Shown here piece after piece: positions 36,329 through 45,958 of a stretch of DNA of 56,923 bases; position 1 is the stretch's first letter, and each line of letters starts with the position of its first letter. The stretch spans positions 1-56,923 of the forward strand of contig JANNXQ010000214.1 in assembly GCA_031409655.1 (NCBI GenBank). Reading direction: 5' to 3'. The notes under the pieces are model-generated. The model was not told the origin of the DNA, did not search any database, and saw only the letters and a list, made by a program, of their open reading frames with translations. Origin of the DNA: Chthoniobacteraceae bacterium. Lineage in GTDB: Bacteria; Verrucomicrobiota; Verrucomicrobiia; Chthoniobacterales; Chthoniobacteraceae. Position numbers and translations under genes: made by a program.

Positions 36329-36805
36329 TTATTTGGCGGGCATGTCCTTATCAACGACGGAGAAAGTGACGTTCCCGACGCCAGCATTGGCGGAGGCGAC
36401 CATGACCGCACGGAGATAGTCGTAACGGACGTTTTTATCGGCCCGGATCAAGACGCGCATTTTTGGCGTTGCCCGGACTTTCGGTTCGAGGATGCCGGTG
36501 ACCATGACGGGATCGCCGATTTTTTGATCGTCCATATCGATGCCGCCGAGGTTGTTGATCGGGTTCCAGGTGATGTTGATGATGGTCTGGCCGGTCGTGC
36601 CTTTGTCTGGCGGCTTGGCGTCCTTGGCCACGGGAAGTTGGACGTCCTGATTCACCTGGAGCACCTCGGACGAACTGATCGACATAAAGAAGATCAGCAG
36701 CACGAGGAGAATATCGACCATCGGCGCGATCTGAAACTCGGGGTCCTCGTCCGGCGACAAGCGCGTCGCGGCGCGCAATTTCTTGACTCGTTTTGCCGGG
36801 CTCAT
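36329..36805 (-). CDS. ExbD/TolR protein
   Basis: FQIAPMVDILLVLLIFF; VLIRAD. Confidence 0.9.
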   Translation of the reverse strand: MSPAKRVKKLRAATRLSPDEDPEFQIAPMVDILLVLLIFFMSISSSEVLQVNQDVQLPVAKDAKPPDKGTTGQTIINITWNPINNLGGIDMDDQKIGDPVMVTGILEPKVRATPKMRVLIRADKNVRYDYLRAVMVASANAGVGNVTFSVVDKDMPAK

Positions 36806-36832
36806 GGGAGGAGGGAGCGGAGGGCAGGGAGG

Positions 36833-37741
36833 CTACGCCGTCCAGTCGAGCGTGGAACCGCAGTGCGGGCAGGGGTTCACGCCGGGAGCCACCGCGCCGT
36901 TGCACACCGGGCAGTTGGTGGTCAGGGCCATGGAGACTTTGCGGGCGCCGCCCATCATGGTCGGCAGACCGCCGCCCGCGCTGAAATTTTCACCGATCTG
37001 CACGCCGGCCAGTTCGTCATAGGGAACGTCGAGGAGGAGCGTATTCACGATGTCATCCGCGTGGACGATGCACATCTGCGAGATATTCCGGAAGATGTAG
37101 TAGGAGACGAAGGCCGGGATGGCGATGAAGAGACCGGCCGCGGTGGCGAGGAGCACTTCCGAGATCTTGCCGGAGAGCGCCCGTGGATCCTGGATGCCGG
37201 AGCCGGCGAGGACCGCGAAGGCCCCCATCATGCCGATGACGGTGCCGAGCAGTCCGATCATCGGACTGACGACCCCGATGACGGAGAGGTAGCTATTCCG
37301 GGTGCGCAGGATCGTGGCTTCGCGCAGGCCGTGCTCGGCGATGGAGGATTCCACGGCTTCCTTGCCGCGGCCGATGCGCGTCAGGCCGGACTTGAGGACG
37401 TTCGCGAGGTAGTTCTTGTTCGCATCACAGGTCGCCCATGCTTCCTGGTAATTGCCCGACGCGAGCGTCTGTTCGAGCGCCTGGACGAGCGGCGGTGGGG
37501 CCAGCTTGTCTTTGCGGAGTTGCATCGCGTTTTGGATGATGAGCGTGACCATCACGACGGAGGTGCCGACGATACAAAGCCAGATGCTGATGATCAGCGG
37601 GCCACCCTCCAAGATGAGGTGGAAGACATTTTGCTCCGGCGCGGCAGCGTCGTCGGCGGCCAGGCCAAGCGACCGGGTCGCCCCGAAGGCGGCGAGGAAA
37701 AGGAGATACTTGAGGGAGCGGCGGAGGAGGGCTGGGATCAT
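36833..37741 (-). CDS. MotA/TolQ/ExbB protein with C-terminal zinc ribbon
   Basis: SPMIGLLGTVIGM, ISEVLLATAAGLFIAIPA; tail CPVC-N10-CPHC. Confidence 0.9.
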   Translation of the reverse strand: MIPALLRRSLKYLLFLAAFGATRSLGLAADDAAAPEQNVFHLILEGGPLIISIWLCIVGTSVVMVTLIIQNAMQLRKDKLAPPPLVQALEQTLASGNYQEAWATCDANKNYLANVLKSGLTRIGRGKEAVESSIAEHGLREATILRTRNSYLSVIGVVSPMIGLLGTVIGMMGAFAVLAGSGIQDPRALSGKISEVLLATAAGLFIAIPAFVSYYIFRNISQMCIVHADDIVNTLLLDVPYDELAGVQIGENFSAGGGLPTMMGGARKVSMALTTNCPVCNGAVAPGVNPCPHCGSTLDWTA

Positions 37742-37761
37742 GAGTTGGGGGTGGAAAAAAT

Positions 37762-38532
37762 TTAAGGGACGGCGATGTCTTTGTGCGCTTTGCGGAGGGC
37801 GTCGGCTCTTTCCAGCGCCAGGGCCGCGGCGGCGCGATCATGAAAGAAAAGCGTGACGGTGCGGAGGTATTGTTCGAGCGCTTCGGAGTTATTCCCCTCG
37901 GCCTCCTCGATCTGTCCGAGGCCGAGGAAGGTGGCGCTATAGGCGAGGGCGTTCGCTTGGGAAACATTTTTCTCTTTCAAGGCCGCCTCCGCGATGGGCT
38001 CGAGCTTGGTCTTGGCGGCGGCGTAGTCCTTCCGGGCGATGGCGACGAGCGAGAGGCCCACGTCCGTCTGCATCGAGCCCTGACCAGGATACATGGTCTG
38101 ATAGTCTATAAACGCCTTCTCGGCGGCCGGGATGTCCCCTTTGGCCAAATGCAGACTGCCAATGGTCGCCACGGCCTGCTGGGCCCAGATGGACGGGAGC
38201 CCCCGGTAGCGCGCGATCACCTTTTGCAGGACCGCGAGCGCGCCATCGTAATTTTTCTGCCGGTGAAGCTGATCGGCCTGCGCGATTTCCGGGGGTGGGG
38301 CCATGCGCACGTCTTTGATCTGAGCGAGCGGGAGACCCAGCTTGCCCTTGCCGTCTGGGGTAGCGACTTCGAGGGAGGTGCCCGTGACGCCGAAGACCTT
38401 CATCTGCTTCTGGGAACCGTCCTTCATCGTGATCACCGCATCCGTCTGGCCCAGGGCCACGGAAACCAGCATCAGGAGCCCTCCGATGATTGAAAGGTTT
38501 TGCTGGATTCGGGGGGCGGGACGTAGCTTCAT
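37762..38532 (-). CDS. Exported TPR protein with small N-terminal beta domain
   Basis: Signal-like N-terminus, DAVITMKDG beta module, TPR helices, ALEQYLRTVTLF. Confidence 0.8.
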   Translation of the reverse strand: MKLRPAPRIQQNLSIIGGLLMLVSVALGQTDAVITMKDGSQKQMKVFGVTGTSLEVATPDGKGKLGLPLAQIKDVRMAPPPEIAQADQLHRQKNYDGALAVLQKVIARYRGLPSIWAQQAVATIGSLHLAKGDIPAAEKAFIDYQTMYPGQGSMQTDVGLSLVAIARKDYAAAKTKLEPIAEAALKEKNVSQANALAYSATFLGLGQIEEAEGNNSEALEQYLRTVTLFFHDRAAAALALERADALRKAHKDIAVP

Positions 38533-38605
38533 GCGTTTTCGCGACCGGCACGCTAAAGACCCACCTTCGCGAAATCAACCCTGAATCCGTCTCTCTTCCG
38601 CTCCC

Positions 38606-40129
38606 ATGGTCCATCTCATCCGCCGATTTCAGCAGCCGCTCATGATCACCATCACCATTCTGGTGATCATCTCCTTTGCGGTGCTCTACAACTCGGACTC
38701 CCTCGGCAGGCTCGACGCGGATCGCGTGGCGACCGTTTACGATCGCCATATCTCACTCGCAGAATACCAGCGCGCCCTGCGGAGCTTTGAACTCGCTCGC
38801 GATCTGGACATGCGGGAGATGCTCGGATCACTGGGCATTCCAGCGACCTCCGAGGAGGAATTCAAACGCAACGTCATCCTCGGCGGCCTGGTCCTCCAGA
38901 AGGAAGCGGAGAAGCTCGGCGTGACGACCACTGATGATGAAGTCGCCGACGGCATCAAGGCGCTCCCGGTCTTCCAGACGCAGGGCCAGTTTGACAGCGC
39001 GAAGTACAATCAGATCGTCCAAGTCGCCCTCACGCCGCGCGGTTTCACGGTGACGCAACTCGAAGAGATCGTGCGTGAAGACATCACCCTGAAGAAGATC
39101 AAGGCGCTCCTCGGTGCGACCATCGCCCCGGCACCGACGGAGGTGCGCGAGGCTTACGTGCGGGATTACCAGAAGACCGTGGCCTCCGTCGTCCGGCTGA
39201 AGCTCGCGGACTTCAGCGCCGCGGCGACGGTCGCCGAGGAGGAAGTGAAGAAGGCCTTTGAGGAGCGCAAGGCGTCCTTCAATGCGCCGGAAAAGCGCAA
39301 GGTCAAGTATGTGGCTCTGACCCTCCCCGCGGCGGAGAAACCGCTGGCTGGCAAGGAGCGGGTGGATGCCCTGAGAGCCCTTTCGGAGAAGGCGGCGGAC
39401 TTCTCGCAGGCGCTGCTCGAGCCAGGCGCGGATTTCGCGGCAGTCGCGGCGAAAATGACGCTCCCGGTGCAGGAATCGGTGGAATTTTCCGCGACGGATG
39501 AACCCGCCGAACTCGGCAAGGGCAATGCCGCAGTGGACGCGTCGTTCAAGCTGACCAAAGAACAGCCAACCAGCGATGTCCTGGGGACGGAGCAGGGTTA
39601 CTTTGTGCTCCATCTCGGCGCCATCATCCCGACGCGCCCGCTCACTTTTGAGGAAGCCAGGGTGACGCTCAGCGAAACCTTGAAGCAGGAAAAATCGATG
39701 GAGGCACTGAACCTCAAAGGCAACGCGATCCGCATCCAGATCGACGCTGCGCTCAAGGCCGGGAAGTCCTTCGCCGATGCCACCGCGGCTGCTGGAGTGA
39801 AGGCGGAAGCGTTCCCGCCTTTCTCGCGCCGCGAACCGAAATTTGACCAGCCCGATGGCCAGGAAGTGATGATTTCCTCGATCGACATGACCCCTGGCCA
39901 GCTCAGCCAATTCGTCCCGACGGCGACGGGTGGCGCGCTCGTATATATGGACAGCCGCGAGCCCATCGATGACGCGAAATTCTCCACCGAAAAAGCGCTC
40001 ACCGCGCTGAACCTCTCCCGCGGCCGCCGCGAATCGCTTTTCACCGAGTGGTTCAAGGCCCGCCGCCGCGAGGCCGGCATCGCGCCGCTGCCCAAGCTCG
40101 CCGCGCCGACTCCGCCGCCCACGGCGTAA
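38606..40129 (+). CDS. PpiD/SurA N-terminal domain periplasmic chaperone
   Basis: N-terminal TM anchor, AEKLGV..TDDEV, FQTQGQFD, PEKRKVKY, degenerate parvulin-like segments. Confidence 0.8.
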   Translation: MVHLIRRFQQPLMITITILVIISFAVLYNSDSLGRLDADRVATVYDRHISLAEYQRALRSFELARDLDMREMLGSLGIPATSEEEFKRNVILGGLVLQKEAEKLGVTTTDDEVADGIKALPVFQTQGQFDSAKYNQIVQVALTPRGFTVTQLEEIVREDITLKKIKALLGATIAPAPTEVREAYVRDYQKTVASVVRLKLADFSAAATVAEEEVKKAFEERKASFNAPEKRKVKYVALTLPAAEKPLAGKERVDALRALSEKAADFSQALLEPGADFAAVAAKMTLPVQESVEFSATDEPAELGKGNAAVDASFKLTKEQPTSDVLGTEQGYFVLHLGAIIPTRPLTFEEARVTLSETLKQEKSMEALNLKGNAIRIQIDAALKAGKSFADATAAAGVKAEAFPPFSRREPKFDQPDGQEVMISSIDMTPGQLSQFVPTATGGALVYMDSREPIDDAKFSTEKALTALNLSRGRRESLFTEWFKARRREAGIAPLPKLAAPTPPPTA

Positions 40130-40136
40130 GCCCGCC

Positions 40137-40472
40137 ATGAGCCCCGAAGTCGAGGAACTCTTCGACGACGCGAATGGCGACCTCGCCCTCGGGGAACTCG
40201 AAGCGGCGGTGGAAAAATACCGTCGCTGCACCGAGCTGGATGCGGAGTTCTTCGACGCGTGGCATGCGCTCGGCATGGCGCTGATGAAGATCGGGCGCTA
40301 CCCCGAAGCCATCGCCGCGGGCCTCAAGACCGTGGAGCTGCGCCCGAACGATCAGCTCGCCTGGTCGAGCCTCTCGCTCTTTTACGTCCGGGCCGAGATG
40401 ATCCAGGAAGCCGAGGCTGCCGGGGCCAAGGCGAAGATCCTCGGCTGGGGCGGGAAGATCAAAAAGCCCTGA
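40137..40472 (+). CDS. Small TPR protein
   Basis: AWHALGMALMKIGRYPEAI and related TPR units. Confidence 0.85.
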   Translation: MSPEVEELFDDANGDLALGELEAAVEKYRRCTELDAEFFDAWHALGMALMKIGRYPEAIAAGLKTVELRPNDQLAWSSLSLFYVRAEMIQEAEAAGAKAKILGWGGKIKKP

Positions 40473-40584
40473 AAGTTCTGCGAGCGGCGCGTTGACGGGT
40501 CGCCGGCGTGAGCAGATTCTCCGCCCGTTCCACCGCCGCATCCCGTGGCGGAAATTCCACCCTTCCTCTCATTCACTAAATCCT

Positions 40585-41022
40585 ATGGGCCTCCTCGATT
40601 CCATCCTCGGCTCCGTCCTCGGCGGCGGTGCCTCCAGCCAGCAAAATCCGATCGCGCAGATCGCGATGCAACTCCTCTCCGGCTCCGGTTCCGGCGGTGC
40701 CCCAGGTGCGGGCGGCGGCCTCGGCGCGCTCATGCAGCAATTTCAAAAGGCCGGCCTCGGTGACGCCGTGAATTCCTGGGTCAGCACCGGCCAGAATCAG
40801 CCCGTAAATGGCGCCCAGGTCCAGCAGGCGCTCGGTGCCGAACAGATCCAGCAATTTGCCCAGCAGACTGGGATGCAAGGCGGCCAAGTCAGCGACCTCC
40901 TCGCGAAACTCCTCCCGCAGCTCGTGGACAAGGTCACGCCCACGGGCAGCGTGCCGCAGCAGAACGATCTGCAAGGCATGCTCACTGGCCTCCTCGGCCA
41001 GCTTGGCGGCGGCAAGCACTGA
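40585..41022 (+). CDS. YidB/DUF937 family protein
   Basis: MGLLDSILG, GGLGAL..F..AGLG, SWVSTGQN, LPQLVDKVTP.G. Confidence 0.9.
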   Translation: MGLLDSILGSVLGGGASSQQNPIAQIAMQLLSGSGSGGAPGAGGGLGALMQQFQKAGLGDAVNSWVSTGQNQPVNGAQVQQALGAEQIQQFAQQTGMQGGQVSDLLAKLLPQLVDKVTPTGSVPQQNDLQGMLTGLLGQLGGGKH

Positions 41023-41142
41023 CGCCGGCTCCGGCCGGCTCGGGATCTTTTTTAACGCATCGACGGCGTCTCCACGGTCGTGGAGCTTCCCCTGCGTGGC
41101 CGCGTCGGGCTGATTCCCCGCGCGCCGCACACCCACTTTTCC

Positions 41143-42873
41143 ATGCCCCACTTCTTCATCACCACCGCCATCGACTACACGAACGCCGCGCCGCACATCG
41201 GCCATGCCTATGAGAAAGTGCTCGCCGATGTCCTGGCGCGTTATCATCGGCTGAAGGGTGACGACGTTTTCTTCCTCTCCGGCGTCGATCAGCACGGGCA
41301 AAAGGTCCAGCAGTCGGCGGACAAGCAGGGCATTCCGCCGCAGGAATTCGTGGATGGCGTGACGCAGAAATTCGTCGCGCTCTGGGACAAGCTCGATGTG
41401 CGCTACGATGCCTGGGCCGCCACCACCGACGCGCAGCACAAGGACTGCGTCCGCGCCATCCTCCAGCGCCTCTGGGACGAGAAAGATCCCACCACCGGGG
41501 CGAGCCGCTGGATCTACAAGAAGTCACAGCGCGGATTCTACAGCGTGCGGCAGGAGCAATTCCTGACCGACAAGGAGCGTGGCGCCAACGGACAGTTCGG
41601 CCCCGAGTGGGGACAGGTGGAGGAGCGGGAGGAGGAAAACTACTACTTCCGCCTCGCCGAGCATCGGCCGTGGCTGCTCGCTCTCATTGAAAAACGCAGC
41701 GCGGCCGGACGGCCTTTTGTGGTGCCGGATTTCCGCGTCGCCGAGCTGCGCAATGCCGTCGAAAAACTCGAAGGCGACCTCTGCATCTCCCGCCCGAAAG
41801 CGCGGCTCTCCTGGGGCATCCCGTTTCCCTTCGACGAGGATTTTGTCACCTACGTCTGGTTCGACGCGCTGGTGAACTACATCAGCTTCGCCCCCGGCTA
41901 CGATCCCGCGCCCGCCCGCCCGCCGGAAGCATTTCTCCAGTGGTGGCGCACCGTCACGCACGACATCGGCAAAGACATCATGATCCCCGCGCACGGCGTC
42001 TATTGGCCCGTGATGCTGAAGGCGCTCGGGTTTGCCGATGAAGACATGCCCACGCTGCTCGTCCACGGTTGGTGGAACATCCGGAATAAAGCGGGCGCCA
42101 GCGAGAAGATGAGCAAGAGCCTCGGCAACGTGGTCGATCCGGATGTCCTCGCGGATAAATACGGCGCGGAGGGGCTGCGCTATTACTTGATGAGCGACAT
42201 CGCCACCGGGCGCGACGCGGATTTTTCGGAGGAAAGACTGGTGCAGCGTTACAACACGGACCTCGCGAACTCGTTGGGGAACTTGCTTAACCGGTCCTTG
42301 AACATGGCGGCGAAGTATCGGGAGAGCAGAATAAAGCGCCTTCCGACTCACGAATGGGGTACTCACATGCCCGCGCCTCCTGATGCACCGCTGGCCGCCA
42401 AATTGATGGATTGGCACGGTGGTTTTGAAGCCCCTGGCGGCCCGGTGAATCTCGACGGTTACGCCAATAGTTTTGGGTTATCAGTGGCTGCCTTCGTGGC
42501 CTGGATGGGCGAATCGAATACACAATTGGCACTCACTGAGGCCGCTTACCGCGCGACTGCCGCCAATCAACTCGTTGATGCAGCAGCGCCTTGGAAACTT
42601 GCCAGGGATCAATCAGAACGCGCGAAAGCCCAACTTGATGTCGTCCTCTACCACCTCGCCGAATCCCTCCGCATCATCGCCATCCTGATCTCCGCGGTGC
42701 TCCCGAAAGCCGCGCACGGCATCTTCGATCAGCTCCAGTGGAAGCTCGATGAAGCCGGGCAGGAGTCGCGGTTCAAACTCGCGGATGCGAAGTGGGGCGG
42801 CCTCCCCGATGGCCATGTCCTCGGCACGCCGACGCCGCTCTTTCCCCGCATCGAAGCGCCGCCGGTGGCCTGA
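41143..42873 (+). CDS. metG: Methionine--tRNA ligase (short form, no C-terminal dimerisation domain)
   Basis: ITTAIDYTN, HIGH, YVWFDAL, IGKDI, KMSKS, DLANSLGNLLNR, APW, LFPR. Confidence 0.95.
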   Translation: MPHFFITTAIDYTNAAPHIGHAYEKVLADVLARYHRLKGDDVFFLSGVDQHGQKVQQSADKQGIPPQEFVDGVTQKFVALWDKLDVRYDAWAATTDAQHKDCVRAILQRLWDEKDPTTGASRWIYKKSQRGFYSVRQEQFLTDKERGANGQFGPEWGQVEEREEENYYFRLAEHRPWLLALIEKRSAAGRPFVVPDFRVAELRNAVEKLEGDLCISRPKARLSWGIPFPFDEDFVTYVWFDALVNYISFAPGYDPAPARPPEAFLQWWRTVTHDIGKDIMIPAHGVYWPVMLKALGFADEDMPTLLVHGWWNIRNKAGASEKMSKSLGNVVDPDVLADKYGAEGLRYYLMSDIATGRDADFSEERLVQRYNTDLANSLGNLLNRSLNMAAKYRESRIKRLPTHEWGTHMPAPPDAPLAAKLMDWHGGFEAPGGPVNLDGYANSFGLSVAAFVAWMGESNTQLALTEAAYRATAANQLVDAAAPWKLARDQSERAKAQLDVVLYHLAESLRIIAILISAVLPKAAHGIFDQLQWKLDEAGQESRFKLADAKWGGLPDGHVLGTPTPLFPRIEAPPVA

Positions 42874-42902
42874 GAAGGCTTCCGAGAATTCGCGGCCACG
42901 GT

Positions 42903-43014
42903 GAAAGCGGCGCGGGGCCGCGCCGCACTCCAAAGCGGCTGCGCCGCGAAACGAGACGTTCGGTTGGTTTCGCGCGGAGCGCTTTGGAGTGCGCTGCGTC
43001 CCCGCAGCGCTTTC
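42903..43014. repeat. TTGGAGTGCG-type REP-like doublet
   Basis: 35-nt arms 42903-42937 and 42980-43014 in inverted orientation, each with its own internal hairpin. Confidence 0.85.
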
Positions 43015-43146
43015 TCCCGCGCTCGGGCGTTCATAGCCGACCAGAAAGCAGCTGCGACGAGCGGAGGTCCTGCGCCGCGCACTTCAGCGCCGCAAAGCCA
43101 CGGTCCGGGGCGTCCGTGCTGCTGGCAGCGCTCTCCCCACCCGCCC

Positions 43147-44091
43147 TCAAAAGTACCGCCGAAATTCCTCCACCCGCGCCTCCAGCTTGCTCCGGAGCTG
43201 CGCGCGCGGATCGGGTGCTTCCCCACCGCGCGCCACGGCCACGCAGAGTTGCGTAAGCGCTTCGACATCCGCGATGGCGACAAATTCCGGCTCGATCTTC
43301 GTGTCCGATCCGCAGTTGTGATAGTTCCCCAGGGCCACACAGAGCGCCGCGCAGCGGTAGCCGTAGAGCTGATACGCGGTCGCTTCGCAGGTGCCGCCAC
43401 TCATCAGGCAGCGCTGCGCCGGGATCTTCTCGTCCTGCGCGATCTGCCAGAGCGTCGCGGTTTCATTCGGGTCGAAAATCGAGGTCCGATCCCCGACGCG
43501 CACGATCACGCCTTCGCCCATCTTTCCTGCGCCAGCGGCCTTTTCCGAACTGGTCTCCAGCGAAACGATGGTCGCCTCGCGCGGCACCCGGCCCGAGCGC
43601 GCGAGCTGGATGGCGCCGATGAAACCCACTTCCTCCGCCCGCGTGAAAAGCCCATAGACCGCGCCCTCCGCAGCGGCCGCTTCGAGTTCCTGAAACATCG
43701 TGACGATCGCCGCGCAGCCAATGAGATCGTCGCACGCCCGCGAATAGATCCGCCCGTCGCGCACTTCGCAGGCCGGCAGATCCCACATCGCATACGCGCC
43801 AAAATCACGCACCGGCGGTTTCGCCGCGCGATACTCCTCCGGCACGCCGCCGAGAAATTCCTCGCCGACAAAACCCGGGTGATCCATATGCGCCGCAAAG
43901 GCGTGGCCCGCGACTTCCTGCCCGCGCCGGTAGTGCGCGATCACATTGCCAAAGGCATCCTGCTCGACGCTGACGTGCGGGCACTGCGCGAGCTGCCTGA
44001 GGATCTCGGCGCGGACGGCGTCTTCGTGGAAAGGCGCGGTGGGCTGGGCGAGGAGGGCGCGGGTGGTGGCGAGGAGGCGGTCCAGACTCAT
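43147..44091 (-). CDS. M20/M28/M42-clan metallo-hydrolase (peptidase)
   Basis: QDAFGN, AHMDH, RACDD, AEEVG, GGTCE, GNYHN metal ligands. Confidence 0.85.
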   Translation of the reverse strand: MSLDRLLATTRALLAQPTAPFHEDAVRAEILRQLAQCPHVSVEQDAFGNVIAHYRRGQEVAGHAFAAHMDHPGFVGEEFLGGVPEEYRAAKPPVRDFGAYAMWDLPACEVRDGRIYSRACDDLIGCAAIVTMFQELEAAAAEGAVYGLFTRAEEVGFIGAIQLARSGRVPREATIVSLETSSEKAAGAGKMGEGVIVRVGDRTSIFDPNETATLWQIAQDEKIPAQRCLMSGGTCEATAYQLYGYRCAALCVALGNYHNCGSDTKIEPEFVAIADVEALTQLCVAVARGGEAPDPRAQLRSKLEARVEEFRRYF

Positions 44092-44097
44092 GGGGAA

Positions 44098-44205
<108 letters not shown>

Positions 44206-44234
44206 CCCGCGCACCGCCGATAAAGCTGCGCGGA

Positions 44235-45215
44235 ATGTCCGCCTGGAAATCCTTCCGCCACCGCCTCGAGGCCCGCGCCTGCCAGATGCTCGCGTGGGCC
44301 GTGCCGCGGCTCTCACGACGACACTGCGTGAAGCTCGGGAACTTCCTCGGCGATCTGGCTTACCGTTTCGACGCGCGCGGTCGCGCCGTGGCGCTGGGCA
44401 ATCTCGAGTGTGCGTTCGGCGAACGCTATACGCTCGCGCAGCGTCGGGAGATCGCGCGCGCCTCGTATCGGAATTTCGTCCGCACGATGCTCGATCTTTT
44501 CTGGGCGCAACGGCTCACCCCTGACACCTGGCGCGAGTGGCTCCAGCCCGCGGGCTTCGACGCCGTGCGCGCGCGGCTCGCCGAGGAAAAGCGCGGGACC
44601 ATCTTCCTCTGCGTGCATCAGGGGAACTGGGAATGGGCGAGCCTCCTCTGCGGCTGGCTCGGCTTTGGGAATGTGGTCGTCGCCGAAAACTTCAAGAACC
44701 CCCTGCTCACCGCCACCTTCGCCACGCTCCGCCAGCACTCCGGCCAGACCATCATCGCGCAGGAAAATTCGCTCCTCCGCATGTTGAAGATCGTGAAACG
44801 CGGCGGTGCGACCGGGATGCTCCTCGATCTCAACCTTCGCCCCACGCAGGCCGCGACCATCGTCGAAGCCTTCGCCTCTCCCGAAGCACCGAGCCTGCTG
44901 ATGTGCGTTCCCTTGCTCCACGCCGTGCTCGCCGCGCGCGCCGGGGCACTGCTCGTGCCGGTGATCACCGAGCCGCAGGCGGATGGCAGCGTGCGCATCA
45001 CCGCGCAGCCCGCCATCGAACTGCCTCCGGGTGCCAGCGTGCCAGAGATCGCGCAGCGGTGCTGGGAAATCTTCGAGCCCTTCGTCCACGCGCGGCCCGA
45101 CCTGTATCTCTGGGCGTACAAACACTTCCGCTACCGCCCGCGCGCGGCGACCCGCGCCTACCCCGCCTACTCCCACGAGTCCGGCGCCTTTGAAAAACTC
45201 TGTCGCAGTCCGTGA
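44235..45215 (+). CDS. Lipid A late acyltransferase (LpxL/HtrB family)
   Basis: HQGNWE catalytic motif, NL..AF, P..YLW.YKHFR. Confidence 0.85.
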   Translation: MSAWKSFRHRLEARACQMLAWAVPRLSRRHCVKLGNFLGDLAYRFDARGRAVALGNLECAFGERYTLAQRREIARASYRNFVRTMLDLFWAQRLTPDTWREWLQPAGFDAVRARLAEEKRGTIFLCVHQGNWEWASLLCGWLGFGNVVVAENFKNPLLTATFATLRQHSGQTIIAQENSLLRMLKIVKRGGATGMLLDLNLRPTQAATIVEAFASPEAPSLLMCVPLLHAVLAARAGALLVPVITEPQADGSVRITAQPAIELPPGASVPEIAQRCWEIFEPFVHARPDLYLWAYKHFRYRPRAATRAYPAYSHESGAFEKLCRSP

Positions 45216-45275
45216 GCGAAACTGCGGCGCGCGCGCGTTTGACAAAGCTCCCGCCCGCGTCTTCCATGCCCGCCC

Positions 45276-45872
45276 ATGAAACGCCTCCTCACGCTGCTCT
45301 CGCTGGCCCTCGCGGTCGCCTTCCTTTCCGGATGCGCCACCGGCTCCCGCGGGTCTTACAAAGTCACCGCTTTCAAACCAAACAATCCGGGCAACGTCCG
45401 CGTCAAGGTCTCCACCTCGACCCAGAACGTCTATGTGCTCGAAGGCGACCGCCTGCTCATGGCGGTGCAGGGCTGCGTCGGCACGCCCAGTTCGCCCACG
45501 CCCGGCGGCAATTTCACGATCTTCAACAAGCTCAAAACCAAGCGCCGCATTAGCCAGCCTGATGCGGGCTACCCGATGGCCTACTGGTGTGAATTTAAGA
45601 GCGCCTACGGCTTCCACGAAGGCTTCGTGCATCCCCGCCCGCGCACCCACGGCTGCATCCGCCTGCACAAGGAAGCGGCCGCCCGGCTCTTTGCCCTCGT
45701 GAATATCGGCACGCCAGTGAACGTCTCGAGCAGCCAGCGAGAGGACCAAATGTACGGCCATTTCGTGCGCAAGCTCGACCAGAGCCGCGACCCCGATCCA
45801 CCGCGTTCCTTCATGATGTCCCCGCGCTGGTTCCAGGATCCCGCCGGCCCGCTCCTCGTCGAGCAGTCCTAG
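45276..45872 (+). CDS. L,D-transpeptidase lipoprotein (YkuD family)
   Basis: Lipobox LSGC, TPGGNF, YGFH and THGCIRL. TTGACA at 45239-45244 may be its -35 box. Confidence 0.9.
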   Translation: MKRLLTLLSLALAVAFLSGCATGSRGSYKVTAFKPNNPGNVRVKVSTSTQNVYVLEGDRLLMAVQGCVGTPSSPTPGGNFTIFNKLKTKRRISQPDAGYPMAYWCEFKSAYGFHEGFVHPRPRTHGCIRLHKEAAARLFALVNIGTPVNVSSSQREDQMYGHFVRKLDQSRDPDPPRSFMMSPRWFQDPAGPLLVEQS

Positions 45873-45958
45873 GCCTGGCGCGCGATTCGCGTCCTTTCAC
45901 CGGTCGCTGGATGCTGCATAGTGGGCGTCCAGCGACCGGTTTTCTTTTCCACCACTCC

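Noticed and set aside
41025..41053. Terminator after the yidB-like gene
   Set aside because: The 6-bp stem is separated from the T-run by several bases; too weak to call.
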